From assembly GCF_018977255.1 (NCBI RefSeq), contig NW_024704749.1, positions 19,034,001-19,098,000 on the forward strand: a stretch of 64,000 nucleotides of DNA, in the 5' to 3' direction. Below the pieces are notes generated by a model, which saw only the letters and a list, made by a program, of their open reading frames with translations, searched no databases and was not told where the DNA came from. Below, one piece after another: positions 24,039 to 35,844 of the stretch. A program made the translations under genes and the position numbers. How positions within the stretch are numbered: the first letter of the stretch is position 1; each line of letters starts with the position of its first letter. This DNA comes from Callorhinchus milii. Its lineage: Eukaryota.

Positions 24039-25393
24039 GTATGCGTTGGGCAAAAATACAGGTCAGGCTCTTAAGCTGAATCCGACTGGAAGAGCTCAAT
24101 AAATTACAAGAGTGGGTTGGGCCCCAGTCCCAGGACTCTGACCCTAACACTAACCCTAAACCCGATCCCAACTCCAAATCTGCTTCTGAATCTAATCCAA
24201 AACTCTGATCCAAACCAGGACTCCTACTCTAACACCAAACCTGACGTTAACCCTAACCAATCCAAGAGACAGAGTTACATAGAGTGATACTAACCTCGAC
24301 CCAGTCACTAACCCTGACCCAACCCTAACACTAACCTTAACCAAATCCTCAGTCTGCAGCTTAGACCCTGAATCCTTTAACACAAACTATCCCGACCCCT
24401 AAACCCTAATCCTAAAAAAATGAAATGCACAGCTTGGGGCTTGCCTTCACCAAAACACCAGCCTGCAATTTAGATCCCTGTACCCACGGCCCCAAGAAAG
24501 GATTAAATATGAAATTAATAAGTTTCAAGTCATTGAACGTTCTGACAAAAGGTCATCGACCTGAAATATTAACTCACTTTCCTCTTTCCATAGATGTCTG
24601 ACCTGCTGAGTGTTCCCAGCGACTTCTGTTTTTGTTTCAGATTTCCAGCCATTGCAGTATTTTGCCATATGCAATTAATAAACCCCGACAAAACCAAGAA
24701 GAGAATCCCACACTCAAATGGGATTTAAAACCTAACGTCTAAAATTCTTGTTCAACATTTCGAGTAAGGCAATACATTCCCAACCCCGGGGAAATTTGAT
24801 CAAACTTCAGAACCCGGAGGGACCAGGAACACGAGATGTGTCTAATGCCTATCCGTCCGCAAAGTTAAAATCTAACACTAGCCTCAACCCTATCACTGTG
24901 TCTGAATCCAACCGCAGTGCTGTGAATGGAAGTGAAATGTCTCCCTGTGACTGTGAGGTGCAGACCACTGAGCTGGCACAGGGCTCAGTGAGGAAATGGG
25001 GAAGGGAGGGAGGGGATGAGGGGGGGAGAGAGAGAGAGAGAGAGAGAAAGAGAGGGGGATGGAAGTAGGGAGGGAAGGAGGGAGGGAATGGGGAGAGAGA
25101 GGGAATGGGGGAGAGGGAATGGGGGAAAGAGGGCAGGAATGGGGTAACGAAAGAAGGAATGGGGGAACGAGAGAAGGAATGGGGAGAGAGAGAGGGGGAA
25201 TGGGGGAGAATGGTGACGAGAGAGGTGAGGGGAGGGTCTCCTGGTTGTGTGCAGGCTGCTCTCAGGCCAGACTGATGTTTCTCACCAAAGCCAGTTTAGG
25301 ATAAAGGGAGAGAAAGGATGAAGGAAGCGGGAACTGCTAGGATGTCGAGTGCCTGCGGCCGCAAGTAATGATTCCTGTGCATCTCTCCGGCAG

Positions 25394-25593
25394 CGTGTGA
25401 CTGTGAGCCATCAGGCAGCGCAGGGTGGTGTGACAGGCAGTCGGGAACGTGTCCTTGTCTCCGCAACGTGGCGGGGCCCAAGTGCAGCGGATGCCGGAGT
25501 GCCAGCTTCTGGGGCTTTCACAGCAGCCAGTTCCTGGGATGTCAGCCCTGTGCCTGTCACCAGCCAGGGTCAGCCTCCTCTGCCTGTCACCCT
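25394..25593 (+). CDS. Laminin exon 26: LE
   Basis: CDCEPSGSAGWCDRQSGTCPCLRNVAGPKC..FWGF..GCQPCACHQPGSASSACHP. Confidence 0.92.
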
Positions 25594-26209
25594 GTGAGTA
25601 CCTGGCGGGTTTCCTTTGGAGGGGTTTAGCCGGGTGTCTGACACATGTGGAACCCTATCACCAAGCTTAAGAATATCCAAACCACACGGAGAATTCCATG
25701 CATCCCACCTCCACGTGGAAATCCCAGGGATAGATTGTTGGAATGGAGTGTGCACTCTCTCGCTCTCTCCCTGGAGGGACTCATCCTGTTTACCTAATCC
25801 GGGAGTGTATTCAGCTCAGGTTGGCAAGAGCCAAGGCTTGGGGAGCCCAGAGTGTGCGTTAGGGTAATTGCTGGAATCTAAGCAGCTAAAACCACATGGT
25901 CTGGCAAGCTTTCCTCTTATTTGACCATCTAGGACCACCCTAGCCATTAGGACTGCACACTCTGGACTCTGATGCTGGCAGAGACCTTATCCTAAAGTGA
26001 AGGAGCTGTGAGAGAGCTTTTGGTGACCACTCAACCCCTGACAGCTGCGATGACAATCTGCCTGTAGTGGTTGGGTGTAGTTCTGACTGTCATGTTTTGG
26101 GGGTGAGAGTCTGACTGTAATGGTGCTGTAGTGTGTGTCAGGTCAGTGTCTCCAGTAGGACGGGTGTCTTCGGAAGGAGGCTGAGGTCAGTGGTGTCTTG
26201 TGGTTCCAG

Positions 26210-26306
26210 GTGACAGGCCAGTGCGAGTGCCTGGCTCACACTGTGGGTCAGCACTGTGAGGACTGTGAGGACGGCTTCTACTGGGATTCGCTGCAGAGGT
26301 GCACAG
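26210..26306 (+). CDS. Laminin exon 27: LE
   Basis: VTGQCECLAHTVGQHCEDCEDGFYWDSLQRCT. Confidence 0.9.
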
Positions 26307-26665
26307 GTATGTCTCCGACATCAGCCCCACTCCACAACGCAGAAAAACCCAACCCCCCCACCACATCACCCCCCCCCCCACCTCACCAATCACACACGCA
26401 CACATATATACACAGTCACTCACTCACACACACGTACACACAGATACAGACACACATTCACACACACACACAAATATACACAGACACACACATAGACGGA
26501 CACATACAGACATAGATAGACACACACCACACGATGCTTTAGCACTCGCAGAATCTTCCTCCCACAGGACAATCGTTGCATCCCTCCCCCCAACCCCCTC
26601 CACCCCACCCCATGCCTCAGGCCAGGTTCGTGACTGACCGGCTTGTGTTGTGATCTATCTCTCAG

Positions 26666-26794
26666 CGTGTGAGTGTGACGTGCGGGGCACGAGAGCCCGA
26701 GCTGTGACCTGCGACCTTCACACTGGCCAGTGTCACTGCCTTCCAGATGTGGTAGGGCAGCACTGTGACCGGTGTCAGCCCTTCGGCACCCAGG
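26666..26794 (+). CDS. Laminin exon 28: LE
   Basis: CECDVRGT..TCDLHTGQCHCLPDVVGQHCDRC; G|gtaagc. Confidence 0.92.
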
Positions 26795-27018
26795 GTAAGC
26801 GACCGCACCGGAGGGGGTGGGGGGAGCGACAGACCTCGGGGGTGGTGGTGGTGGTGGGCTGGGGGGGGTTGGTGGTGGGCTGGGGCGGAGTGACGTTACT
26901 CAGTTTAAGGGGTATTACAGTACTCGTAGCACCATTGTTGACCAGGTTGAGAGTTACCGACAGACGTAAAGTGTTTCCACGCCCAGGAATCCTGACTGTT
27001 TTATTCCTTGTTTCCCAG

Positions 27019-27158
27019 AGGATTTCCCCCGTTGTCACCCGTGTCCTGAGTGTTTTGTTCAGTGGAACCACACGCTCCGGGACCTGGGCTCTGAGTTGTT
27101 GCGGCTGTCAGGCACACTGCAGTCTGAGGCGCTAATTTACAGTGAGAATAACCCACAG
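27019..27158 (+). CDS. Laminin exon 29: last LE Cys, CxxC, start of coiled coil
   Basis: FPRCHPCPECFVQWNHTLRDL matches the beta-chain FP.C.PC..CF..W junction. Confidence 0.9.
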
Positions 27159-27548
27159 GTACGCATGCCCGCTCACACCCCACGGTGTCTTCCCCTCCCC
27201 ACCACGTCTTTCCCGGCCCCCTGGCACCTCCCTACCACTCTGATCTGTTCACTCCCCGACCCACTACCCACTGTCTCCGCTCGTCTGAATCTGGCCTCCC
27301 GCTTGTCCCTCGTTCGCGCCCTCCGTTCCACCATCAGTGGCCGCACTTTCACCCATTACTCCCCGGAACACTCTTCCTCTACCCCTCCACCTCGGTCCCA
27401 TCCTGTGAAGCGCTCGGGGACATCCTTCCGATGTGAAAGGCGCTGTCTCAAATGTAAGGTCGCGGGCGTGGTGAAAAATAAAGTGTGACCGGAGACGGGT
27501 GGTGGGGAGGGGGTGTGTTTGTAGCTTTGTTACTTTTCTCTTACGCAG

Positions 27549-27665
27549 AATCTCTCGCTGGAAGTGAGATCGGTGGTGAGCGAGTGGGAACGTGCCAGGC
27601 AGAGCCTGGGCAAAGAGCTGTTGGCAAGTTCAGCCTTCACAGCGATGGATGTATCTCTGAGCAAA
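27549..27665 (+). CDS. Laminin exon 30: coiled coil
   Basis: gcag / gtgggt, phase 0-0, helical NLSLEVRSVVSEWERARQSL. Confidence 0.75.
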
Positions 27666-28015
27666 GTGGGTATCACCTCCCGCCAGCTTCCCCCCCTCCT
27701 TTCCACCCCCACCGCCACCCCAACCCCCACCGGCTCGGGTTCAGCTCGCGCAGTAACACTGTAGGTGGGGGCTGTGGGTAAGGGTCAAAATTAAATCTTC
27801 CTTGGGGGGGGGTGTGGGGCGGTGGGGGACGGTGAAGGGGTCACGTGGGAGTTGAGCTGGCTCAGTGGTGACCTGCCTGACCACAAGATGTCAGAATCGA
27901 GCCCACCCTCCGTGACGGTCTCCGGTTCGGTTCCTGAACCAAACGGCTCCGCGGTGCTCCAGGGCAAGGGTTGACGACAGCACAGCGAGTCAATTTAACG
28001 TCTCCTGTGCCTCAG

Positions 28016-28572
28016 CTCTCCGCAGGTATCAGCAGGTGCTCCGGGCTGCTGGAGGAGAGCCGGCGAGAGCTGTCGTCGCAGAACGAGACCCTGCGGCAGC
28101 TGCTGCGGTTGGACCCAATTTCCAGCCTCGGCTCAAGCGACCTCTCTGGGCTGCGTGGGACCATCGACGGGTTCCTCGGCGCTGTGCGGCACCTCCGCAG
28201 CCAGGCCAACGCCACCGCGCAGCAGACCCGCCTGCACCTCTCTCGCTCGCGCTCCGCAGCGGCCCGCTCACACGCGCTGGCTGCAGAGAGCCGGACGCTG
28301 AGAGACGCCGCCGCTCGCAGCCTGAGCGCCCTTCGCTCCCTGCGGCAGGAGGCGGACGGTTGGACCTCCAGCGAAGCCGCAAGGACGTTACAGAGACAAG
28401 CCGCCCAGCTGGACACCCGGCTGGCGCAACTCCAGCCGGACCTGAGCCTCTTAAAGGGGCAGATCCACAATTGACCCTCGCTCGGGCCTTGGCAGACAGC
28501 CAGGTTCGCACGGCCGTCCTCGACACCACCAACAACCTGAGCCGAGTGTTGGAGGATTTACACCACGTTCAG
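28016..28572 (+). CDS. Laminin exon 31: coiled coil, with an apparent 1-nt frameshift at ~28471
   Basis: Heptad-like ORF to TGA at 28472-28474; helical sequence continues in another frame (LTLARALADSQVRTAVLDTTNNLSRVLEDLHHVQ) to donor gtgtgt. Confidence 0.75.
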
Positions 28573-28877
28573 GTGTGTCTGGAAGTAATGTTCTGCGTTC
28601 GCTTTCTCTCTCTCTCTCTCATCTCACGTCTCGTAAAGCTCTATAAGGCTCCCCATGAGATGTCTCAGCGCTCCCAGGCGCTATCCTGCGCGAAGAGGAT
28701 TATGTACACCCATGCTGTTGCTGTTTTCTAAGCGTCCTGTCGTACATAAGAGTTCCTCACAGTTCGTCTGATATCATTTACGTTCTATCAAGAGGGTTCC
28801 AGCACCTACCCCTTAGTGATATGATAAGGCGCAGAGGATTATATAAATGCAAGGATTATTATTATTATTATTTGCAG

Positions 28878-29056
28878 GAAACCCGGTTGCACCTGCGGCA
28901 TTCTCAGGAGCAGAGTGAGGAGTCGGGGCGGGCTGTGGGCGCTCTGGGTGCCCTGACAGAGAAGACGAGACGGGAGCTGGTTGCACACCTGGAGCAGCTG
29001 CAGCAGAAGCAGCGCAGGGCGGACTCAGTGCTGCAAGGGACTGAGTCGCTGCACCG
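28878..29056 (+). CDS. Laminin exon 32: coiled coil
   Basis: ETRLHLRHSQEQ...LEQLQQKQRRADSVLQ; ttgcag / gtgaga. Confidence 0.8.
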
Positions 29057-29648
29057 GTGAGAGGCGCAGGATTAGACCTCTCTGCTCTCTCCGCTTGGCG
29101 GGCACTGACCTGCTCCACCATCAGCAGTCAGGCATTCAGCCTTTCAACATCCACCTTCTACAACTCCATCAAACAGTCTCTCAGCCTCGCCTCCTCCTTT
29201 GCCTCCTTTAAGACCCACCTCAAGAACTCCCTGTTCGACCGTGCCTTCAGTCACTCTCCCTCCAACCGTAGCCCCCCCCACCCTCCTCCCCTTTCTGATC
29301 CCAACCTGCAGCTCGGGTGCAAACCCATCACTATCCAGTGCCTTGAGATGTGCTCCTGACGTGAAAGGCGCTGTGTAAATGTAAATTGTTGTTGCTCAAG
29401 GTCTTGCGAGACACTAGACGAGAGGTGGTTGGGGTTCAATATGTTCAGCAGGCGAGCGCTGGGGGGAGGGAAAGGAGGGGTGGGGGGGCGCTGACACTCA
29501 ACGCAGCAACATAAGCCAGAGCCATGAGTAGGGGGAAGATGAACCTGGAGATCCCAGGGCCCAGGTATACCAGATCACAGAGAGCCCAGGGTGTGTGGTT
29601 GGGGTTAGCTGGGCTCAGTGTGGAGCTGTCATACGTTTGTCATCTAAG

Positions 29649-29822
29649 TCTCTTGCAGGACACAACGTCCAGTCCCCCAGCAGCTCTGCAGAACATTCTG
29701 GAAGTCGTGGATGAGCTGACGGCAATGAGTGCCAGTGATGGTGATGTGACAGTGGCCAGGACAGAGGCTGAGGCTGGGCGTCAGGTGGCACAGAGCTCCC
29801 TGCACAGATCCACACAGGCTTT
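29649..29822 (+). CDS. Laminin exon 33: coiled coil
   Basis: SPPAALQNILEVVDELTAM...AEAGRQVAQ; needs the aag acceptor at 29646-29648 to keep phase; gtaagt donor. Confidence 0.7.
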
Positions 29823-32730
29823 GTAAGTCAGAGAGGGGGACATGAGGTGTCAGCCAGCGTTACCCTGATCCTAACTCTCTGCTCTTTCCCCGTCCGCACA
29901 TATCCCCTTCCCCCTGTATGCCTCTCTCATTCCTTTTAATTGCCCCAATTAGCTCTGCTCCAACAGCAACCCCTGGCAACTCATTCCGCCCTCTCTCTCT
30001 CTCTCTCTCTTTCCTTCGCTCCCTCTCTCTCCTCCACCCTCTCTCTCTCTCCTCGCTGTTGACAGTTGTGGGTTAGAACTCTGCCCGGCAATGTGACCAC
30101 GCACTAACAGCAGCACAGCACACTTACAAGTAATAATAATAGCAAAACCTATCCCAGTGCTTCGTGGAATCAAGTGTAGTGACTGGGCAAAACGCGGCAG
30201 CCAATTGTGCACAGCAGTGTCCCGCAATCAGTCATGGATTGAGTGACCCCAATTTTTTTTTAGAGACGTTATTACCTCTGGAAAGCAATCCGCCAATTGA
30301 CCTAACAACCGAGTTCCTACTTACTGCTACGTAAACAGAGGCAAGTAGTAAGGAAACTTGCCTAAGGTTTCGCCCTGTCTGGGAATCGAAGCTGGGTCTT
30401 CTCGCTTACGAAGCGAGCGCTCAGAAATGTGCCACAATGGGTAAGGAAGAGAGGAAAATCTTTCGTTGATTTATGCGACATTTCAGTGTGTCCAGAATTT
30501 GACAAATTCTCAGATATCAGTCATAATTTTAAAGCTGTTTTTCTGTAAGTTGTTATAAGTTCTTCGTCGCCAGCACTGAATTCAATAATTTGTCAAATTC
30601 CAGACACTCAGAGGCCTTAAATCTATATCCAGCTGGAATTTCTCCCTTATGATCCTTACATTACTGGCTGGGTGTGTGACACATGAGGAAACCCATCACT
30701 CGGCTTAAGAATCTCCAAACCAGACTGAGAGCACCACGTATGTTTGCCACCTGCACGTGGAAATTTCCCTGTGTCTGGAATGGAATGCGCACTCTCTCCC
30801 TAGAGGGATGCACCCGGTTTACTCGATTCCAGAAAGTATTAGGCACAGGATGGTAGGGGGTCAAGGCTTGGGGCCCCCAGAGTGTGTGGGGTAACCGGTG
30901 GAGTCCAACCAGCTGAAAACGCATAGCTTGCCATTGAGAGCACTGTCTGGGACACTTTCCTGCTGCTCGTCCAGGTAGGACCACCCTACCCGCTATGGCT
31001 TTGGCTTGCAGGGTTAGCAGGAGCTGAGTGGGAAGAATCCCTGCCCCGAATGACCCGCCATTCATACATGTTATTGGGAGCCCTGGGGAGCCTGCATCGG
31101 ACAGGTCTGTGTTGACCATATCCCTCTGAAATCCTGAACCCCCCCCACCCCATTAAAGCATCCCGAGCCCCTCCACCCCACCACCACCTGCTAGAGAATT
31201 GCTGCCCCTGTGACTGCGGTGCGCTGTGTTTTCTCTTGTGCACCTCGCAGGTCATGTCAGGATTGAGTGAACCTCACAGGAAAGCAGTTCGCCGGCTGGA
31301 GCAGTGAGGAAGTGGGTGTGAGGGACGCAGACGCTGGCTGGGGAGGGGGATGTACGGTGGGTGGGTGGGTGGGTGGGTGCGGTGGGGAGAGGGAGGAGGG
31401 AGGGGGAGAGATTTCAAGGTGTCAACCAAAACCCGCATTTTTTTTCGTACACCCCGATTCTGAAGGAATTCTACAATATGCTTTATACAGGACCTTTCGG
31501 GTCGAGAGGAAGTCTCAAAGAGCTTAATTCAGCGAGCAGACATACACACAGAGAGGTGCCCACTGCCGCCCAGAGTCCATTTCATTCTGATGTTTGGCGT
31601 CTCGCTCTCTCTCTCTCTCTCTCTCTCGGGTCGAATTACGTTCCCCAGATGCTGCTTAAAATGACCCCTGTGCAGCCAAACCACAGAGCCTGCCCCTCAG
31701 CCAAACCCACCGTGAATGGGCAGGGGCCGTGCAGCAAGCTGCGTCTCCTTGTAAAGTGTAGTATCATTTGAAGAGCAGTTATTTCATCCGTGCATTTGAT
31801 ATTGCGCCTTATCACGTCGTTGAGACTTCCCAAAGCGCTTCACGGAATCTATTGTAAAGTGGAGTGACTGTGTATTTTGTGGGTGAAACGCAGCAGCCAA
31901 AGGTGCACAACAGTGTCCCACAAACAGTCAGCATTGAGTGGACAGATTTTTTTTTGGAGGGATTATTACACCCGGAAAGCGACTTAACAACTAACTTACT
32001 GCTAGGTAAACAGTGCCTAACGTTTTGCCCCCCCCCACCCCGGGAATTGAACGCGGGTCCTCTCTGGTATCATTTGCAGAGCAAATATTAACTTACACAC
32101 AACACTGCGAGGCCCTTGGTCTCCGGGCCATGGATAAACTTAACGGGGAGCGACACCGAGTCGCTCTGCGTCACCTCCTGGCCTGTGGCTGCGGTGAGCG
32201 GGTGACGTGCCGCTGCTTTGCTTGGAAGCTTCTCCAGAAACGTAAGCTCGCGCGCGGCGAGTATTACATCTCCTGCCAGTCTGCACAATGCTTTGCGGTA
32301 GCACAATGAATTCTTTTGAGCAAACCGACCGCAGCCCACTAGTAAAACAAGCCCCTAACTATGTGGAGCAGAGCCCAGCCGGCTCCAGAATGTGGCAATT
32401 GATGCATTTTTTGATATTAAATAATGAGCAGAAAGGAAGAAGAATATCGTATTTTTCTTCTTGTCCGGTCAGTATTATAATATCAGGTACAACAGAGTGC
32501 GTCATCCATCATAGCAGACGTGTGTGTGTGTCTGTGTCTGTAGGGGTGGAGGTTCTTGCCCTGTGTTTGCACCAGACTGAGCACTACATTGATCGATCCT
32601 AAAGGCTGCTTAGTTTTAATGATAATCGTAATAATAATAATAATCCTTGCATTTGATGTAGCGCAAGGATTATTTGGTGATTGCAGGTATCAGACACCCG
32701 GCTAACCAGAAAAAAATCTTGATTTTGCAG

Positions 32731-32872
32731 GCTTGCAGCTCAAGGTGTTGTATCAGCGAGGCGAGACATGGAAACACAGACAGCGACTGTGAGGAGCGAG
32801 CTACAACGTGTACAAACCACACTGGAGCACATCGCACCACTGCTAGCGGTTTCTCAGAAGAGAGCCAGGCGT
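32731..32872 (+). CDS. Laminin exon 34: coiled coil
   Basis: LAAQGVVSARRDMETQTATVRSELQRVQTTLEHI; phase 2-0, gtaagt donor. Confidence 0.75.
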
Positions 32873-33516
32873 GTAAGTTAGTCGTTAGCTGTCGAGTGCC
32901 TTAATTTTGCACTCAAGAGAGCACATGGTGTAATAATAAATAATAATCCTTGCATTTGATATAGCACCTTGTCATGTTCTTCGGATGTCTCAAAATGCTT
33001 CACAGAATATAATGTAAAATTAATCGACTGTATATTTTGTGGGCAAAACGTGGCAGTCAATAATTGCGCGAAGCAATGTCTCACAAACAGTTGTGGATAG
33101 TGATTTTTTTTTTGAAGGAATTATAATCCCCCGGAAAGCGATCCACCAATTGACTTAACAATTGGGTTCCTACTTACCGCTCGGTAAACAGAAACGTGTG
33201 GAGTGAGGAAACTTGCCAAAGGTTTTGACCTGCCGGGGAATCGAACTTGGGTCCTCTGGCTTGTGAGGCGAGCATGTTAACTACTACGCTACAGGACCCA
33301 AGCGAGAATCGTCAGCTGTAGAGTGCTGGAAGAGTCCCCTACTCTCCCTACCCTCCATCCGCCCCCTGAACCCAGTCCCCTGCTCGAGTCCAAATCTCTG
33401 ACTGTCCAGCACCTCGGGATGTCCTTCCGAGGTGAAAGGCTCCATACAAATGTAATTTGTTGTTGTAATCTACACCTAACTCAATACTTACTTGATTGCT
33501 TTTATTTTGTTAACAG

Positions 33517-33681
33517 GAGGAGGAATTGCTAGAGATCAGACTGCAGGACGTTGCTGAGGTTGAGACGCTGGTGGCGGAGGTGGAGCGAGAGACTGAGTGC
33601 CACACCTCCCAGCGACTACAGCTGTCCCAGCTCCACACTCACCTGCTCAGCCTACACCAAGCACTGCAACATAATGTCCAG
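33517..33681 (+). CDS. Laminin exon 35: coiled coil
   Basis: EEELLEIRLQDVAEVETLVAEVERE...; aacag / gtaact. Confidence 0.78.
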
Positions 33682-35004
33682 GTAACTCCCCTCACTGCCC
33701 AGGTAACTACAGCCACTGCCCAGGTAACTCCCCTCGCTGCCCAGGTAACTGCAATCACCGGTGGAGATTAGTCCAGCACCACACCCTCTGGATTCCTGCA
33801 CTTCCTGTCCCGGAGCTCTTTCTAAGCAGCCTTTTGCATCACAGTTCTCTGTAGGAATGCTTGGCCCCATTCCCGGATTTGTTTTAAGGGATTTATTATT
33901 GTGCGGATTCCACGGTTACAACGTCTGTAGCGTCTTGGAAGCGAGTCCATTCGGAATGTCCTCCAGATGGTTAGGTGCCACTCGATACCTTCACACAAGT
34001 TGGACAGCCTCCTGTCTGACCAAGGCTGCCGCTCCGCACAGTGGGAGTGCTACACATACCTGTCAGGAGCATCTATTAAAGGCTGGAGTGAAGGCTGCAC
34101 ACACAGGAGCCTCTGACATATCACTGGCACAAAGCGATTGCACTCATTTAATTAGGAAACCACTTTGAGACTTTGCTGAATGGCAGGCCAGGCCTTCTGT
34201 CTATTGCAGTCTGTTTTGTAATGGTTTATATTATGGCTGGGATTCCGAGGAAGGGTGTTAAGAAGGTACTGGGAAAGAGCAGGGAAGTGAGGTTGGAGTA
34301 GTTAGCATTGATGGATTGGTACTTTTTAAACGGGGCGAAACCTTAGGCCTCTGTTTACCTAGTAGTAAGTAGGAACCCAGGTGTTAGTCAATTGGTGGAT
34401 CGCTTTTTGGGGTAATAATCTCTTAAAAAATATATAATAATTTGGTCAATCAATTCACGAATATTTGTGGGACACAGCTATGCGCTATTGGCTGCCGCGT
34501 TCTACCCACAAATTACAGTCAATCCACTTTACAATATATTCTGTGAAGTCCTTCGAGACGTCTCAGGATTGTGATAAGGCGCTATATCAAATGCAGGGAT
34601 TATTATTATTACTATTACCCAGCCATACACCTCTGTACTGGAATTTGTGCTGCTAAGACTGTAGCAGAATCTTAAAATTATGGCAGAAAAGTCATCATAA
34701 ATGATCTCCCACATAAATTGGTCACTTGCTTCTATTTGTGTGTGTGCGCAAATTGACTGTCGAGTTTGTCTACAATTAAACAGTCACTACACTTCACAGC
34801 ATCCGGGAATGGGGCAAGTGTTTTGATGTTACAGATACTGCAACAAATGCAAAGATTGTTATTATTAATAATAATAATAATGTGGTCTTACGGGCTAAGA
34901 CCAGGTGGAATTCTGGCCTCAATTCTCCTAATCGTTTGATTTGTTGCTTTGGAAAAGGGAAAGTTGCACAGAATAACTTTTCAGCCAAACTTGTGGTTTC
35001 ACAG

Positions 35005-35173
35005 AGGAGGAGAAACAGAAGTGGAGCAATGTCAGTGGCGGAGAGCTGTGTGGAGCAGGAGAGTCGGGTTACAGGCGCAGCCCTGGAGCGAGCTTCCCAA
35101 GCCCAGCGACGCATAGAGCAGCTGGCCCGAGCCCAGACCCAACTCACCCACAACACGCTGCAGGAACTGAGAG
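35005..35173 (+). CDS. Laminin exon 36: coiled coil
   Basis: ALERASQAQRRIEQLARAQTQLTHNTLQELR; acag / gtcggt. Confidence 0.8.
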
Positions 35174-35844
35174 GTCGGTAGTGTTTGAGCGCTCTGGGAC
35201 GCCAACCCTCCTCGCGGAGGGTGCCGTACATCTGCAGGTTGTTGTTGTTGTGGTGCTGAACGTCCGGCGTTTCGACTATTTCTGAGCGACCAGTTCGGGA
35301 GAATCACCGGTTTCTTTGCGAAAGGTTTAAATCTTAAAACAAATCTTGGGGAAAAAAAACAAACAGAAAAAATAATAATTTGGTCACTCGACCCGCTGCT
35401 GTCCGTTTGTGGGACACTGCTGTGCGCAATGGGCTGCCTCGTTGCGCCCGCAAAATATACAATCAATTCCATTTGGAATGTATTCTGTGAAACGCTTTGA
35501 GACATCTTGAAGACGTGATAGGGCGCTATATCAAATGCAAGGATTATTATTATTATTGAGGACTACAGTAGAGCCCTGTTATAAGATAAGCGCTGGGGTC
35601 TATAAAATGACAACCCGCCTTATTCGACTGTATTCCACTCACCTGTTGAAAATACCTGCGTTTATGGCTTCGGATTAAATATCCAGTGTAGCTCCTTTTG
35701 TATGTCTCCAAGCAATTGCTCCCCACTGAATACTCCATTCCCCTGCACTTCTCCCCACTCCACGTGCCATTCCCCTGCACCACTCCCCGCTGCACATACT
35801 ACCCCTGCCGTGGCCACCCCTGGTCTCTCTGCCTGTTGTTCCAG

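Noticed and set aside
24130-24415. ccctaa-rich tract suggesting an interstitial telomere
   Set aside because: Highly degenerate, with no sustained (TTAGGG)n run
28472-28474. Stop readthrough or selenocysteine at the TGA
   Set aside because: The coding sequence continues in a different frame, so readthrough would not restore it
30066-31303. Two possible extra laminin exons (30066-30129 and 31251-31303)
   Set aside because: Phases would fit as a pair, but the first has an in-frame TGA and exon 33 joins exon 34 cleanly without them; left out pending cDNA
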